From positions 1,746 through 65,745 of the forward strand of contig JARYLT010000004.1 in the NCBI GenBank assembly GCA_029907515.1: a DNA stretch of 64,000 bases. Reading direction: 5' to 3'. A program made the position numbers and the translations under genes. Shown in pieces: positions 44,083 through 52,240 of the stretch (positions within the stretch are counted from its first letter, which is position 1; the number at the start of each line of letters is the position of its first letter). Origin of the DNA: Spirochaetota bacterium (GTDB lineage Bacteria > Spirochaetota > UBA4802 > UB4802). Below the pieces are notes generated by a model that was not told where the DNA came from, did no database searches, and saw nothing but the letters and a program-made list of their open reading frames with translations.

Positions 44083-44862
44083 ATGCAAAAAATTGCCATT
44101 TGTGGAAAAGGTGGAGTAGGCAAAAGTTTTATGGTGTATGCTATTACAAAAGCATTACAAAAAAAAGGTTTTTCAGTATGTGTGGTGGATACGGATGAGT
44201 CAAATGTAGGGCTGCACAGGTTATTTGGATTTGATGTAATGCCAAAGCCATTTATGGATTTTCTGGGTGGCAAAAAGTCTGTTCAGCAGACAATGATAAA
44301 ACGCTTTTCATCCGGTCAAAATGAGCCAAAAATGAGTGTTATTGAAAAGGGTCAATTTTATGTTGATGATATTGATAATGAGTATATCATCAAACAAGAA
44401 AATCTTTCGTTTATTACTATAGGGAAAATTCAGGAACCAATGGAAGGATGTGCCTGTCCAATGGGTGCAGTAAGCAGGGAGTTTTTAGAAAAAATTATGC
44501 TTCATAATAATGAAATGCTTATTGTGGATATGGAAGCAGGAGTCGAGCATTTTGGAAGGGGTGTAGAAAAGGGTATTGATACTATCATAGCAATAAGCGA
44601 ACCTTCGCGAGAATCAATGGGAATTGCCTCTAAGGTGGTAGGACTTTCACATACAATGAACAAAAAAAACTACGTTATTATTAATAAAGTACCACAGGGT
44701 CTTGAAGAGAAAGTCAAAGGTATTGCATTATCCATGCAATTGCCAGTGATAGGTATGGTACATCATGACCCTGAAGTATTTATAAGTTCCATTGATGGTT
44801 GTATTGATGACACATCAAAAGCACTGGATGAGGTATATGATATCATTAAAACAATTTTATAA
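44083..44862 (+). CDS. CooC-like P-loop NTPase (MinD/ParA superfamily, metallochaperone type)
   Basis: The ATG at 44083 after GGAGTGAGG gives MQKIAICGKGGVGKS (deviant Walker A). The EGCACPMG CxC motif is typical of CooC-type nickel-insertion ATPases. The track ORF is extended by 19 codons. Confidence 0.7.
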   Translation: MQKIAICGKGGVGKSFMVYAITKALQKKGFSVCVVDTDESNVGLHRLFGFDVMPKPFMDFLGGKKSVQQTMIKRFSSGQNEPKMSVIEKGQFYVDDIDNEYIIKQENLSFITIGKIQEPMEGCACPMGAVSREFLEKIMLHNNEMLIVDMEAGVEHFGRGVEKGIDTIIAISEPSRESMGIASKVVGLSHTMNKKNYVIINKVPQGLEEKVKGIALSMQLPVIGMVHHDPEVFISSIDGCIDDTSKALDEVYDIIKTIL

Positions 44863-44874
44863 CAAGAGATTAAC

Positions 44875-45291
44875 ATGGGACATGAACATTTTTCATTTAC
44901 TCCAATAGGATATGTATCACATGAGCATGGTGAGGTTCCGCGCCACTGCTCAGTATCGGATTATGAAGGCAAAATTATCATAAACCCGGAATACAATGAA
45001 GGATTGCGTGACATCAAAACTGGTGATATCATTGTGGTGCTTTTCTGTTTTCACAAATCCCCATCGTTTACCAGTGAACGGTTAATTGCCAAGCCACCAC
45101 ATCTGGTTGAGGAACGGGGGGTATTCAGCACATGTTCGCCGGTCAGGCCAAATCCAATTGGGCTATCATATGTTGAGGTAATGGACATTGACAATAATGT
45201 GATATATGTACGCAGGCTGGATATGTTAGACGGCACTCCGGTTCTTGATATAAAGCCATATATTCCTTATGCACCACTTGAACAAAAATGA
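44875..45291 (+). CDS. TrmO/TsaA (YaeB, UPF0066) family protein
   Basis: 138 aa, FTPIGYV..., RPNPIGLSYVEV, LDGTPVLDIKPYIP signature. Confidence 0.75.
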   Translation: MGHEHFSFTPIGYVSHEHGEVPRHCSVSDYEGKIIINPEYNEGLRDIKTGDIIVVLFCFHKSPSFTSERLIAKPPHLVEERGVFSTCSPVRPNPIGLSYVEVMDIDNNVIYVRRLDMLDGTPVLDIKPYIPYAPLEQK

Positions 45292-46400
45292 TGGAGATAG
45301 TTATCGGAATGAAACGATACATTGTAGCAATATCATTGTTACTGGTATTAATACCCTATGTGGGACGAGCACAAACCATTGCAATTACCGATATGGCAGG
45401 AAGGCACGTACATATCCCAAAAAAGGTTAACAGAATAGTAGCTCTCAGTGCATCCTTACGATATATAGTTTATTTGCAGGCATTTGATAAAGTTGTTGCG
45501 GTTGAAGGTATTGAAAAACTAAAATCTATAAGAGGTATTAATACATCAGGCAAGCCTTACTGGTTAGCGATAGCTCATAGCATTGATTCAATACCAGATA
45601 TAGGAGAAGGTGGCCCTGGTAAATTACCTGATTTTGAAAAATTGATAATGGTTAAGCCGGATGTTGTGTTTACGTTTGAATCCGACAATGCTAATCTCAT
45701 ACAGAAGAAAACAGGTATACCATGTATTGTGATTGCCTATGCAGGTACCAATGGATTTGTCATTGATGATGTAAAAAAGACGTTTGTGTTTTTAGGAAAT
45801 ATACTGGACAGAACACAGCGGGCAAAACAGTTAAATGCCTATATTGATAATTGCATTGCTGATCTGGCTGGCAGAGTGGTAGGAGTAAATATAAAAAAAG
45901 TATATATTGGAGCAGTAAGTGCTCGTGGTTCTCACGGTATTACAAGTACTGAAAGCAACTATCCTCCACTACAATGGCTTAAAACACATAACGTTGCGGA
46001 TGCCACAGGCATTAATGGACATGCGTTTATAAGTAAGGAACAGATTATAATGTGGGACCCTGAGTATATATTTATAGATACAGGTGGATTGCCTCTGGTG
46101 GAAAATGATTATATAAAAAATAAAGTGTTTTATCGCAACCTTAAAGCAGTGACACATAATTCGGTGTATACAGTGTTTCCATATAATTTTTACAGGACCA
46201 ATATTGAAATAATGATAGCCAATGCATATTATATGGGGAAGATATTATATCCTGAAAAGTTCAAAGATATTAACATCAGGAAAAAAGTTGGTGAAATTTT
46301 TACTCACTTTTTAGGAATTGATCCGTATAATGAATTACTAAAGCATTATAAGGGATATGGAAAAGTTGAATTTACAGAACAGGGAATCAGAATATATTAA
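45288..46400 (+). CDS. ABC transporter periplasmic substrate-binding protein (FecB/BtuF-type, iron-complex or corrinoid class)
   Basis: Signal peptide. ITDMAGRHVHIPKKVNRIVAL and PDFEKLIMVKPDVVF are patterns of the class III PBP family. ATGA overlaps the upstream stop. Confidence 0.75.
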   Translation: MMEIVIGMKRYIVAISLLLVLIPYVGRAQTIAITDMAGRHVHIPKKVNRIVALSASLRYIVYLQAFDKVVAVEGIEKLKSIRGINTSGKPYWLAIAHSIDSIPDIGEGGPGKLPDFEKLIMVKPDVVFTFESDNANLIQKKTGIPCIVIAYAGTNGFVIDDVKKTFVFLGNILDRTQRAKQLNAYIDNCIADLAGRVVGVNIKKVYIGAVSARGSHGITSTESNYPPLQWLKTHNVADATGINGHAFISKEQIIMWDPEYIFIDTGGLPLVENDYIKNKVFYRNLKAVTHNSVYTVFPYNFYRTNIEIMIANAYYMGKILYPEKFKDINIRKKVGEIFTHFLGIDPYNELLKHYKGYGKVEFTEQGIRIY

Positions 46401-47448
46401 AGGGCACATAGTACATACGTATATACATTTAGTGAAAAACAAATTATTGTTTGGTATATTGTTAATAATTTGCATTGTATTTGTGTTTGTCTATTCTATT
46501 ACTTCTGGTTCATTACAAATACCTTTGTCAAACGTATTTTCGTCATTGGTGTCGGAAAATGAATTTTCATATATAGTAAATAACATACGTCTTCCACGCT
46601 CAGTTGCAGCGGTTATTGCGGGTGCGGCATTGGGTGTGGCGGGATGTGTAATGCAGAATATTTTAAAAAACCCTTTAGCGTCACCATTTACTTTAGGGGT
46701 ATCTCATGGTGCTGCATTTGGGGCTGCTGTTGCCATTATTGTGTTTAATGCAGGTACTTCGCATTCTATAGGCAATGAATCGGTTACAATTTTTAATGTA
46801 TATGCTGTGATAATAGCAGCGTTTGTTGGCGCAGCGTGTGCCGTGATAATAATCCTTTTTCTGTCGTTTTTAAAGAATATAAGCCCTGACGCAATAGTGC
46901 TGGCGGGAGTGGCAATGGGGAGCATTTTCAGTGCGGCTACCATGTTTTTACAATACTTTGCAGCTGACTTTCAGGTAGCAGCAACAGTCTTCTGGACATT
47001 TGGTGATCTGGGTAAAGCGGGGTGGGTAGAAAATGTGTTGTTGGCGGGAGGATTTATTCCCGTGATCATCTATTTTTATTCACAGCGATGGAATTATAAT
47101 GCACTGCTATGGAATGATGATGTCGCAATAAGTTTGGGAGTCAACATTCAGTCATTGCGGCTTACCGGGATGTTATTGAGTGCTTTCATTGTAAGCTTAT
47201 GCACAGCGTTTTTGGGCATTATTGGATTTATTGGTTTGATAGCCCCTCACATCGTCAGAATGTTAATAGGTAATGATTACCGTTTTCTTATTCCATATTC
47301 AGCACTATTTGGTGCATTATTGCTTTTAGCTTCTGATTGTATTGCAAAACTGATACTAGAACCGGTTATTGTCCCAGTTGGTATAGTAACTTCATTATTG
47401 GGAGCACCACTTTTCTTTTACCTGCTGATTGCCCGGAGAACGCCATGA
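46357..47448 (+). CDS. FecCD-family ABC transporter permease
   Basis: Polytopic membrane protein. LPRSVAAVIAGAALGVAGCVMQ and GIIGFIGLIAPHIVR motifs. The start is uncertain (ATG 46357, overlapping the upstream gene by 44 nt, or GTG 46432). Confidence 0.85.
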   Translation: MEKLNLQNRESEYIKGHIVHTYIHLVKNKLLFGILLIICIVFVFVYSITSGSLQIPLSNVFSSLVSENEFSYIVNNIRLPRSVAAVIAGAALGVAGCVMQNILKNPLASPFTLGVSHGAAFGAAVAIIVFNAGTSHSIGNESVTIFNVYAVIIAAFVGAACAVIIILFLSFLKNISPDAIVLAGVAMGSIFSAATMFLQYFAADFQVAATVFWTFGDLGKAGWVENVLLAGGFIPVIIYFYSQRWNYNALLWNDDVAISLGVNIQSLRLTGMLLSAFIVSLCTAFLGIIGFIGLIAPHIVRMLIGNDYRFLIPYSALFGALLLLASDCIAKLILEPVIVPVGIVTSLLGAPLFFYLLIARRTP

Positions 47449-48200
47449 CATTGACTATTAACAGTATTTCTGCAGGGTATGATTCATCTATTATACTGCA
47501 TGACATTTCTGTTGAACTAAAACAGGGGCTGGTAACAGCATTAATTGGTCCCAATGGTTCAGGCAAATCAACATTGCTGAAAGTTATTGCGGGTATTGTA
47601 AAACCGTATGCTGGAATAATACGTTTGGGTGATATTAATGTTGATGAACTAAAGGGTACGCAGCGTGCGCAATTGATAGCTTATCTTCCTCAGGCAAGCA
47701 ATTCTCTTCCTTCAACAACTGTCTTTGAATCAATTTTACTTGGACGTAAACCATATATTTCATTTGAACCTGATAGTGAAGATTTAGCAGTGGTTGAAGA
47801 TACCATAAAGATATTTAATATTGAACAATATGCCTTCAAAAAAATTAATGAATTAAGTGGAGGGGAAATTCAGAAAGTACTGATTGCCAGAGCTATCGCA
47901 CAAAGAACTAAAGTGTTACTGCTGGATGAACCAATTAACCACCTTGATGTTAAAAATCAGCTTGAAATAATGAATATCGTTAAACATTATACGGCATCAT
48001 CAGGCCTGATTACCATGGTTGTATTGCATGATATAAACAGGGCATTGCAATTTGCAGATGAGTTTATTTTACTGAAAGATGGATATATTATTGAAAGAGG
48101 ATCCAGTGAAGTAATTACGCCCCATGTGCTGCATGAAATATATGGCATAGAGGCAGATTGTATAACATACAAAAAAAAGAGAAAAATTATTATTATATAA
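47445..48200 (+). CDS. ABC transporter ATP-binding protein (FecE/BtuD-like)
   Basis: The ATG at 47445 (ATGA overlap with the permease stop) gives MTLTINSISAGY. Walker A GPNGSGKST, signature LSGGEIQ, Walker B LLLDEP. The track ORF is extended by 36 codons. Confidence 0.9.
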   Translation: MTLTINSISAGYDSSIILHDISVELKQGLVTALIGPNGSGKSTLLKVIAGIVKPYAGIIRLGDINVDELKGTQRAQLIAYLPQASNSLPSTTVFESILLGRKPYISFEPDSEDLAVVEDTIKIFNIEQYAFKKINELSGGEIQKVLIARAIAQRTKVLLLDEPINHLDVKNQLEIMNIVKHYTASSGLITMVVLHDINRALQFADEFILLKDGYIIERGSSEVITPHVLHEIYGIEADCITYKKKRKIIII

Positions 48201-48327
48201 TAAAATTCATTAAAAAAAAATTGCATTTATTTATGAAACAATAGTATACTATAATGGTTAAATGGTTATTTTTTAAGCAAGGTATTACATAATCTGGTAT
48301 ATAATTTTTTTATTATAGGGGGGTGTG

Positions 48328-49416
48328 ATGAAACGGATTCTTATATATTCACTCATACTAGGTCTTGCAGTTTTGGGAAATAGCTGCACCAAACAACAGA
48401 TTGATGACTATGCTTCCATTGCATTCAGCATAGGCGAAGTAAAGAAGAATGGTCAGCCTGTCAACATTGGTGATATTTTAAATCAGAACGATATCATTGA
48501 AACGGGCACCATGTCTTCCTGTGATATTAAGATTGGCGATTCCATGATCCGCATTAAAGAAAATTCAAAAGCAATACTGGCACAGCTTTTACGAAAAGAT
48601 GGGCTGGAAAATACTACATTGGGTCTTGATGTTGGCAAGATGATCTGTAAGCCCAAAAAGCTGTTAAAGAATGAAAGCTTTTTAGTAAAAACGCCAACTG
48701 CAGTTGCTGGTGTCCGTGGGACAAACTTTTCAGTAGAAGCTGATGCCCAGAAAACCACACGCATTAAAGTCTTTGACGGGAAGGTAGCTGTAGTAAAGCG
48801 AGTTGAAGCGGTTGAGGAACATATTGATAAAATAATAGAGGCAGCACCTGCTGTTGAAGAAAAGGAAAAAGTGGTGATAACTGCTGAGGATGTGAAAAAA
48901 GCTGAAAAGAAGATAGAAGAAGTAATGAAAAAAGAAGGTGAAGCCACCCCACAGGCCATAGAAAAAGTTGTAGCTACTGCAAAAGAAGAGGTGGTAGTAA
49001 AAAAAGAGGAAGTGCAGAAGTTTAAACCTGAAGATTTTAAAGAAGAAAAGCAGGAAATAATAAAGATTGAGGAAAAACCAAAAGAAGTGGTAAAAGAAAT
49101 TGCAAAGGTTGTTAAGAAAACACGGCAGATTCCTCAGCCTGAAGGCCAGCTGCTTGTAACACGCTATGAAATATATTTTGTAAAGAATGGCCGTGTTGAA
49201 TGGGAAGGTAAAGTCATTAACCCTCCAACAAAAACCGAGGATAAAATTTACATAGCTTCTGGTGATTACATCTTCTGCGCAAAATTAGATGGTACAGTGC
49301 TTTGGAGAAAGAAACTGGCAAATGATGGCAAGGTTGAATTAGAAGGCGAAAAGGTAGCAGTATATGCAGGTGGTCAGAAAAAGCTATTAGATAAACTGAC
49401 AGGTGAAGAAGAATAA
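48328..49416 (+). CDS. Lipoprotein with a FecR-like domain and a Glu/Lys-rich linker
   Basis: MKRILIYSLILGLAVLGNSC lipobox. TPTAVAGVRGTNFSV is typical of the FecR domain. Long KE-rich low-complexity region. Confidence 0.6.
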   Translation: MKRILIYSLILGLAVLGNSCTKQQIDDYASIAFSIGEVKKNGQPVNIGDILNQNDIIETGTMSSCDIKIGDSMIRIKENSKAILAQLLRKDGLENTTLGLDVGKMICKPKKLLKNESFLVKTPTAVAGVRGTNFSVEADAQKTTRIKVFDGKVAVVKRVEAVEEHIDKIIEAAPAVEEKEKVVITAEDVKKAEKKIEEVMKKEGEATPQAIEKVVATAKEEVVVKKEEVQKFKPEDFKEEKQEIIKIEEKPKEVVKEIAKVVKKTRQIPQPEGQLLVTRYEIYFVKNGRVEWEGKVINPPTKTEDKIYIASGDYIFCAKLDGTVLWRKKLANDGKVELEGEKVAVYAGGQKKLLDKLTGEEE

Positions 49417-49423
49417 CATAAAA

Positions 49424-49445
49424 AGGGCTTGCGAAAGCAAGCCCT
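49424..49445. terminator. Bidirectional intrinsic terminator
   Basis: AGGGCTTGC, loop GAAA, GCAAGCCCT, with AAAAA upstream and GCTTTTATT downstream. Serves the convergent genes on both sides. Confidence 0.8.
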
Positions 49446-49452
49446 GCTTTTA

Positions 49453-49614
49453 TTATTTATTTAAGATAAATTTATTTACTAAAAATTCTGTTTGCAGTGG
49501 CGTTAAGTCAAATTGCTGGCTTGCTTTTTCAATAAGTTTGGCAATATCAGCACCTGGATTATCCTGCAATTCAAAGCTGATAAAGCGGATAGCATCTTCC
49601 ATTGATTTGTCCAT
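49453..49614 (-). CDS. Small hypothetical protein (53 aa), distal gene of the queE operon
   Basis: Not in the track. GGAGGG RBS (49622-49627) then MDKSMEDAIRFISFELQDNPGADIAKLIEKASQQFDLTPLQTEFLVNKFILNK. Ends just before the bidirectional terminator. Confidence 0.5.
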   Translation of the reverse strand: MDKSMEDAIRFISFELQDNPGADIAKLIEKASQQFDLTPLQTEFLVNKFILNK

Positions 49615-49626
49615 AATGATTCCCTC

Positions 49627-50499
49627 CTACAGTGCCCGTAAAAATTCAGGTTTTAATAATGATTCATCCTGCCGTTGTATTATTTCATCCAGTAATTGAA
49701 TGACGTCGTTCTTTTGTTGAGGTAATGTTGCCTTAATGGGCAGATAATTGGAAGCGTGATTGGATGTGAAATAGCAGGTGTTTTTAACATCCATATGTTC
49801 AACAATAAGTTTAAGTTCGCGTAGTAATCCAAATTTATCCGGGAGTGCAAATTTTCCCTGTACATAATCCCGGTATAATGGTGTGTTGGGTAAAAGCATT
49901 ACAGTAAGTGCTGATGCATAATCAGGAGACATGGCACCTAAATGCTTGCCAGTATCAATGGCATGCGGTATGCTTAACTCAAGGCCACCAATGCCAAGCA
50001 GCACTGTCTGGGATAGTAGAATGCCTGCCTGTTTAATCTTTTCAGATGCCTCTAACTGTTTGTGTGGCAAGGCGCCTTTCCGTATTTTACGCAGCACTGT
50101 TTCATTACCGCTTTCAATACCCTGATACACAATACCCAGCCCCGCAGCGTTTAATTCCTGCAGTTCAGATAATGATTTTTTTAATATGGCTTTGGTATTG
50201 CCATATACACCAATACGTTCAATGTGCGGATTTTTACTTTTGATGTAGGAAATTATTTCAAGCAGTGTTTGTGTTGGCAAAATCAGGACATCGCCATCGG
50301 TTAAGAAAACGCGCTTGAAGTGGTAACGCGATGCTTCGTCAATATCACGCTTTATTTGCTTTAAGTCCTTGATGTAAAATTTGCGTCCCTTGTAGGTGCC
50401 GCAGAATGTGCACATGTTATGTGAACAGCCAACGGTTACCTGAATTATCATGCTGTATGCTTCTGAAGGTGGCCGTATAATGTGCCCTACGTAATCCAT
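49627..50499 (-). CDS. Radical SAM protein with atypical CX4CX2C cluster spacing
   Basis: 290 aa. The VTVGCSHNMCTFCGTYKG cluster motif and the GNETVLRKIRKG region indicate a TIM-barrel radical-SAM core. The subfamily is not recognised. Confidence 0.8.
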   Translation of the reverse strand: MDYVGHIIRPPSEAYSMIIQVTVGCSHNMCTFCGTYKGRKFYIKDLKQIKRDIDEASRYHFKRVFLTDGDVLILPTQTLLEIISYIKSKNPHIERIGVYGNTKAILKKSLSELQELNAAGLGIVYQGIESGNETVLRKIRKGALPHKQLEASEKIKQAGILLSQTVLLGIGGLELSIPHAIDTGKHLGAMSPDYASALTVMLLPNTPLYRDYVQGKFALPDKFGLLRELKLIVEHMDVKNTCYFTSNHASNYLPIKATLPQQKNDVIQLLDEIIQRQDESLLKPEFLRAL

Positions 50500-50507
50500 A
50501 GACTCTC

Positions 50508-51164
50508 CTAAAAATGTTTTGGTTCACTATGCCATAGTATTTTATGTAATTGAATATTAAGCCGCACGTTAAGCCTGTCATGTAAAATATACTCTGCTAA
50601 TTGTTGTGGCTCCATTGTGCTCCAGACAGGCGAAAAATTTATGACACATGGTACATTAGCTAGATAGTTTTTCATAAACTCCTTAGAATAATTATAGTCA
50701 TAGTCATCTGCAATAACAAATTTTATTTCATCATGCGGTTTAAGATACTGTATATTAGAAATGTTAAATGAATCTGCATGGCCACTTGAAGGTGTTTTAA
50801 CATCAACAATTTTATGTACCTGTGATGGCACGTGTTCAATAGAAATGCTTCCGTTGGTTTCCAGTTGCAGGGGATAATTTTTTCTACAGAGAATATCAAG
50901 AAGTGTCAATGTGTGTTCCTGCATTAATGGTTCGCCACCGGTAATGGTGATGTGATTTAGTGTGGGATATTTCTCTATTGTTTGTATAATGTGGGCGATA
51001 GTTACCGGTAAGCCAGTCCTTGCATAGGGAGTATCACACCACCTGCAGTTAAGATTACAGCCTGCAAGCCGTATGAAAAGCGAAGGGAAACCTGTGCGAG
51101 TAGTTTCACCCTGAAGCGAATAGAATATCTCATTGACACATAGTGTGATAGTATTTGTATTCAT
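50508..51164 (-). CDS. queE: 7-carboxy-7-deazaguanine synthase
   Basis: 218 aa, EIFYSLQGETTRTGFPSLFIRLAGCNLNCRWCDTPYA, the QueE signature. Confidence 0.88.
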   Translation of the reverse strand: MNTNTITLCVNEIFYSLQGETTRTGFPSLFIRLAGCNLNCRWCDTPYARTGLPVTIAHIIQTIEKYPTLNHITITGGEPLMQEHTLTLLDILCRKNYPLQLETNGSISIEHVPSQVHKIVDVKTPSSGHADSFNISNIQYLKPHDEIKFVIADDYDYNYSKEFMKNYLANVPCVINFSPVWSTMEPQQLAEYILHDRLNVRLNIQLHKILWHSEPKHF

Positions 51165-51278
51165 AGATTAATCAATTATAACTCATTTGTATATGCTATT
51201 AGGTGCGCAATAACGTTACATTATTACCGTATCACAATTTTTTCAATTAAAATACATGGTCTGTTACTTCTTCTGTTA

Positions 51279-51530
51279 TTTCAAATTCCCGATTTCATCG
51301 GGATACTTGTGTGATAAGATTTCTCCTCACTGAGTTCGTCGAAATGAGAGGGTGTAAAGAACGTTAGTCGAAATGACGGAGTAAAGGACGTTCGTTTAAA
51401 TGCATTGTATGTGTCATTTCGAATCCCGATTCCATCGGGATACTTGTGTAATAAGATTTCTCCTCACTGCGTTCGTCGAAATGACAGAGTGTAAAGAACG
51501 TTTGTCGAAATGACAGAGTAAAAAATAGTC
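51279..51530. repeat. Two tandem ~137-bp structured repeat units with internal GTCGAAATGAC sub-repeats
   Basis: ATTCCCGATTTCATCGGGATACTTGTGTGATAAGATTTCTCCTCACTG.GTTCGTCGAAATGA.AG.GTGTAAAGAACGTT.GTCGAAATGAC.GAGTAAA recurs with CCCGAT anchors at 51288 and 51425. Each unit contains a TCCCGAT/ATCGGGA hairpin. Confidence 0.85.
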
Positions 51531-51780
51531 ATACAATTCGGATTCAGAGTGTCTATTGTGCAAAACTTTATTTACTGGTATTGGTACACGTTGAAACCTT
51601 AAGGCTATTCAACAGTAACTATCGCACAAAATACGCAATTGCTAAAAATATGCAATAATAAAAATTACCGGGGGATTAATTGATTTACAATAAAAAATGG
51701 TTGAAATAAAATTGCAAAAATCTGAGAGTACGTGTAAATTGTAACGGTGATGAAATTTATAATCGTGGGGTGTTAACAGT

Positions 51781-52209
51781 ATGGCAGGTAAAAGTGATAG
51801 TATAAACAGCACTATTGGTGAAGGTTCTGTTTTTGAAGGAAAGTTTTATATCAGCGGGTCACTGCGAATTGACGGTAAATTTGAAGGTGAAATAAAAACT
51901 GATGAGGAACTTGTTGTTGGCGAAACCGGAAAGGTAAAAACCAATATTCATGCAAAGAATGTTGTGGTTGCTGGAACTGTAATAGGAAATATTGTTGCCG
52001 ATGAAGAAGTTAAACTTTTAGAAACAGCAAAAGTGCTAGGTGATATTGAAACGCCGATTCTTACTGTGCAGCGTGGTGTGGTGGCACAAGGCATGGTTAC
52101 CATTACTGGAGGGCAAAAGAAAGATGTAAAAAAACTTATTGAAGAATCGTATGCAGGGGCACCACAGGCACAGACAGGCATATTTGGGAAAAAAGGCCAG
52201 GAAAGATGA
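51781..52209 (+). CDS. Bactofilin (polymer-forming cytoskeletal protein)
   Basis: 142 aa. Repetitive beta-helix pattern (GSLRIDGKFEGEI..., VVAGTVIGNIVADEEV..., AKVLGDIETP...) typical of the DUF583/bactofilin domain. Confidence 0.85.
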   Translation: MAGKSDSINSTIGEGSVFEGKFYISGSLRIDGKFEGEIKTDEELVVGETGKVKTNIHAKNVVVAGTVIGNIVADEEVKLLETAKVLGDIETPILTVQRGVVAQGMVTITGGQKKDVKKLIEESYAGAPQAQTGIFGKKGQER

Positions 52210-52240
52210 TTCGTGAAACAGAAATACCGATAATTACACT

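Noticed and set aside
44026-47444. N-terminal extensions of the CooC-like ATPase (from 44026) and the ABC ATPase (from 47337) given in the ORF track
   Set aside because: The internal ATGs at 44083 and 47445 have proper RBS or ATGA coupling and give canonical N-termini. The extensions overlap upstream features and encode Cys/Ser-rich junk.
49403-49699. 98-aa plus-strand ORF
   Set aside because: It runs through the bidirectional terminator, is antisense to the RBS-preceded 53-aa ORF and the 3' end of the radical-SAM gene, and its product is Ser/Cys/Ile-rich with no RBS.
51279-51530. Possible CRISPR array in the queE-bactofilin spacer
   Set aside because: The repeats are long (~110 nt) tandem units with internal degenerate sub-repeats, not 25-40-nt identical repeats separated by unique spacers. 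No cas genes are nearby.
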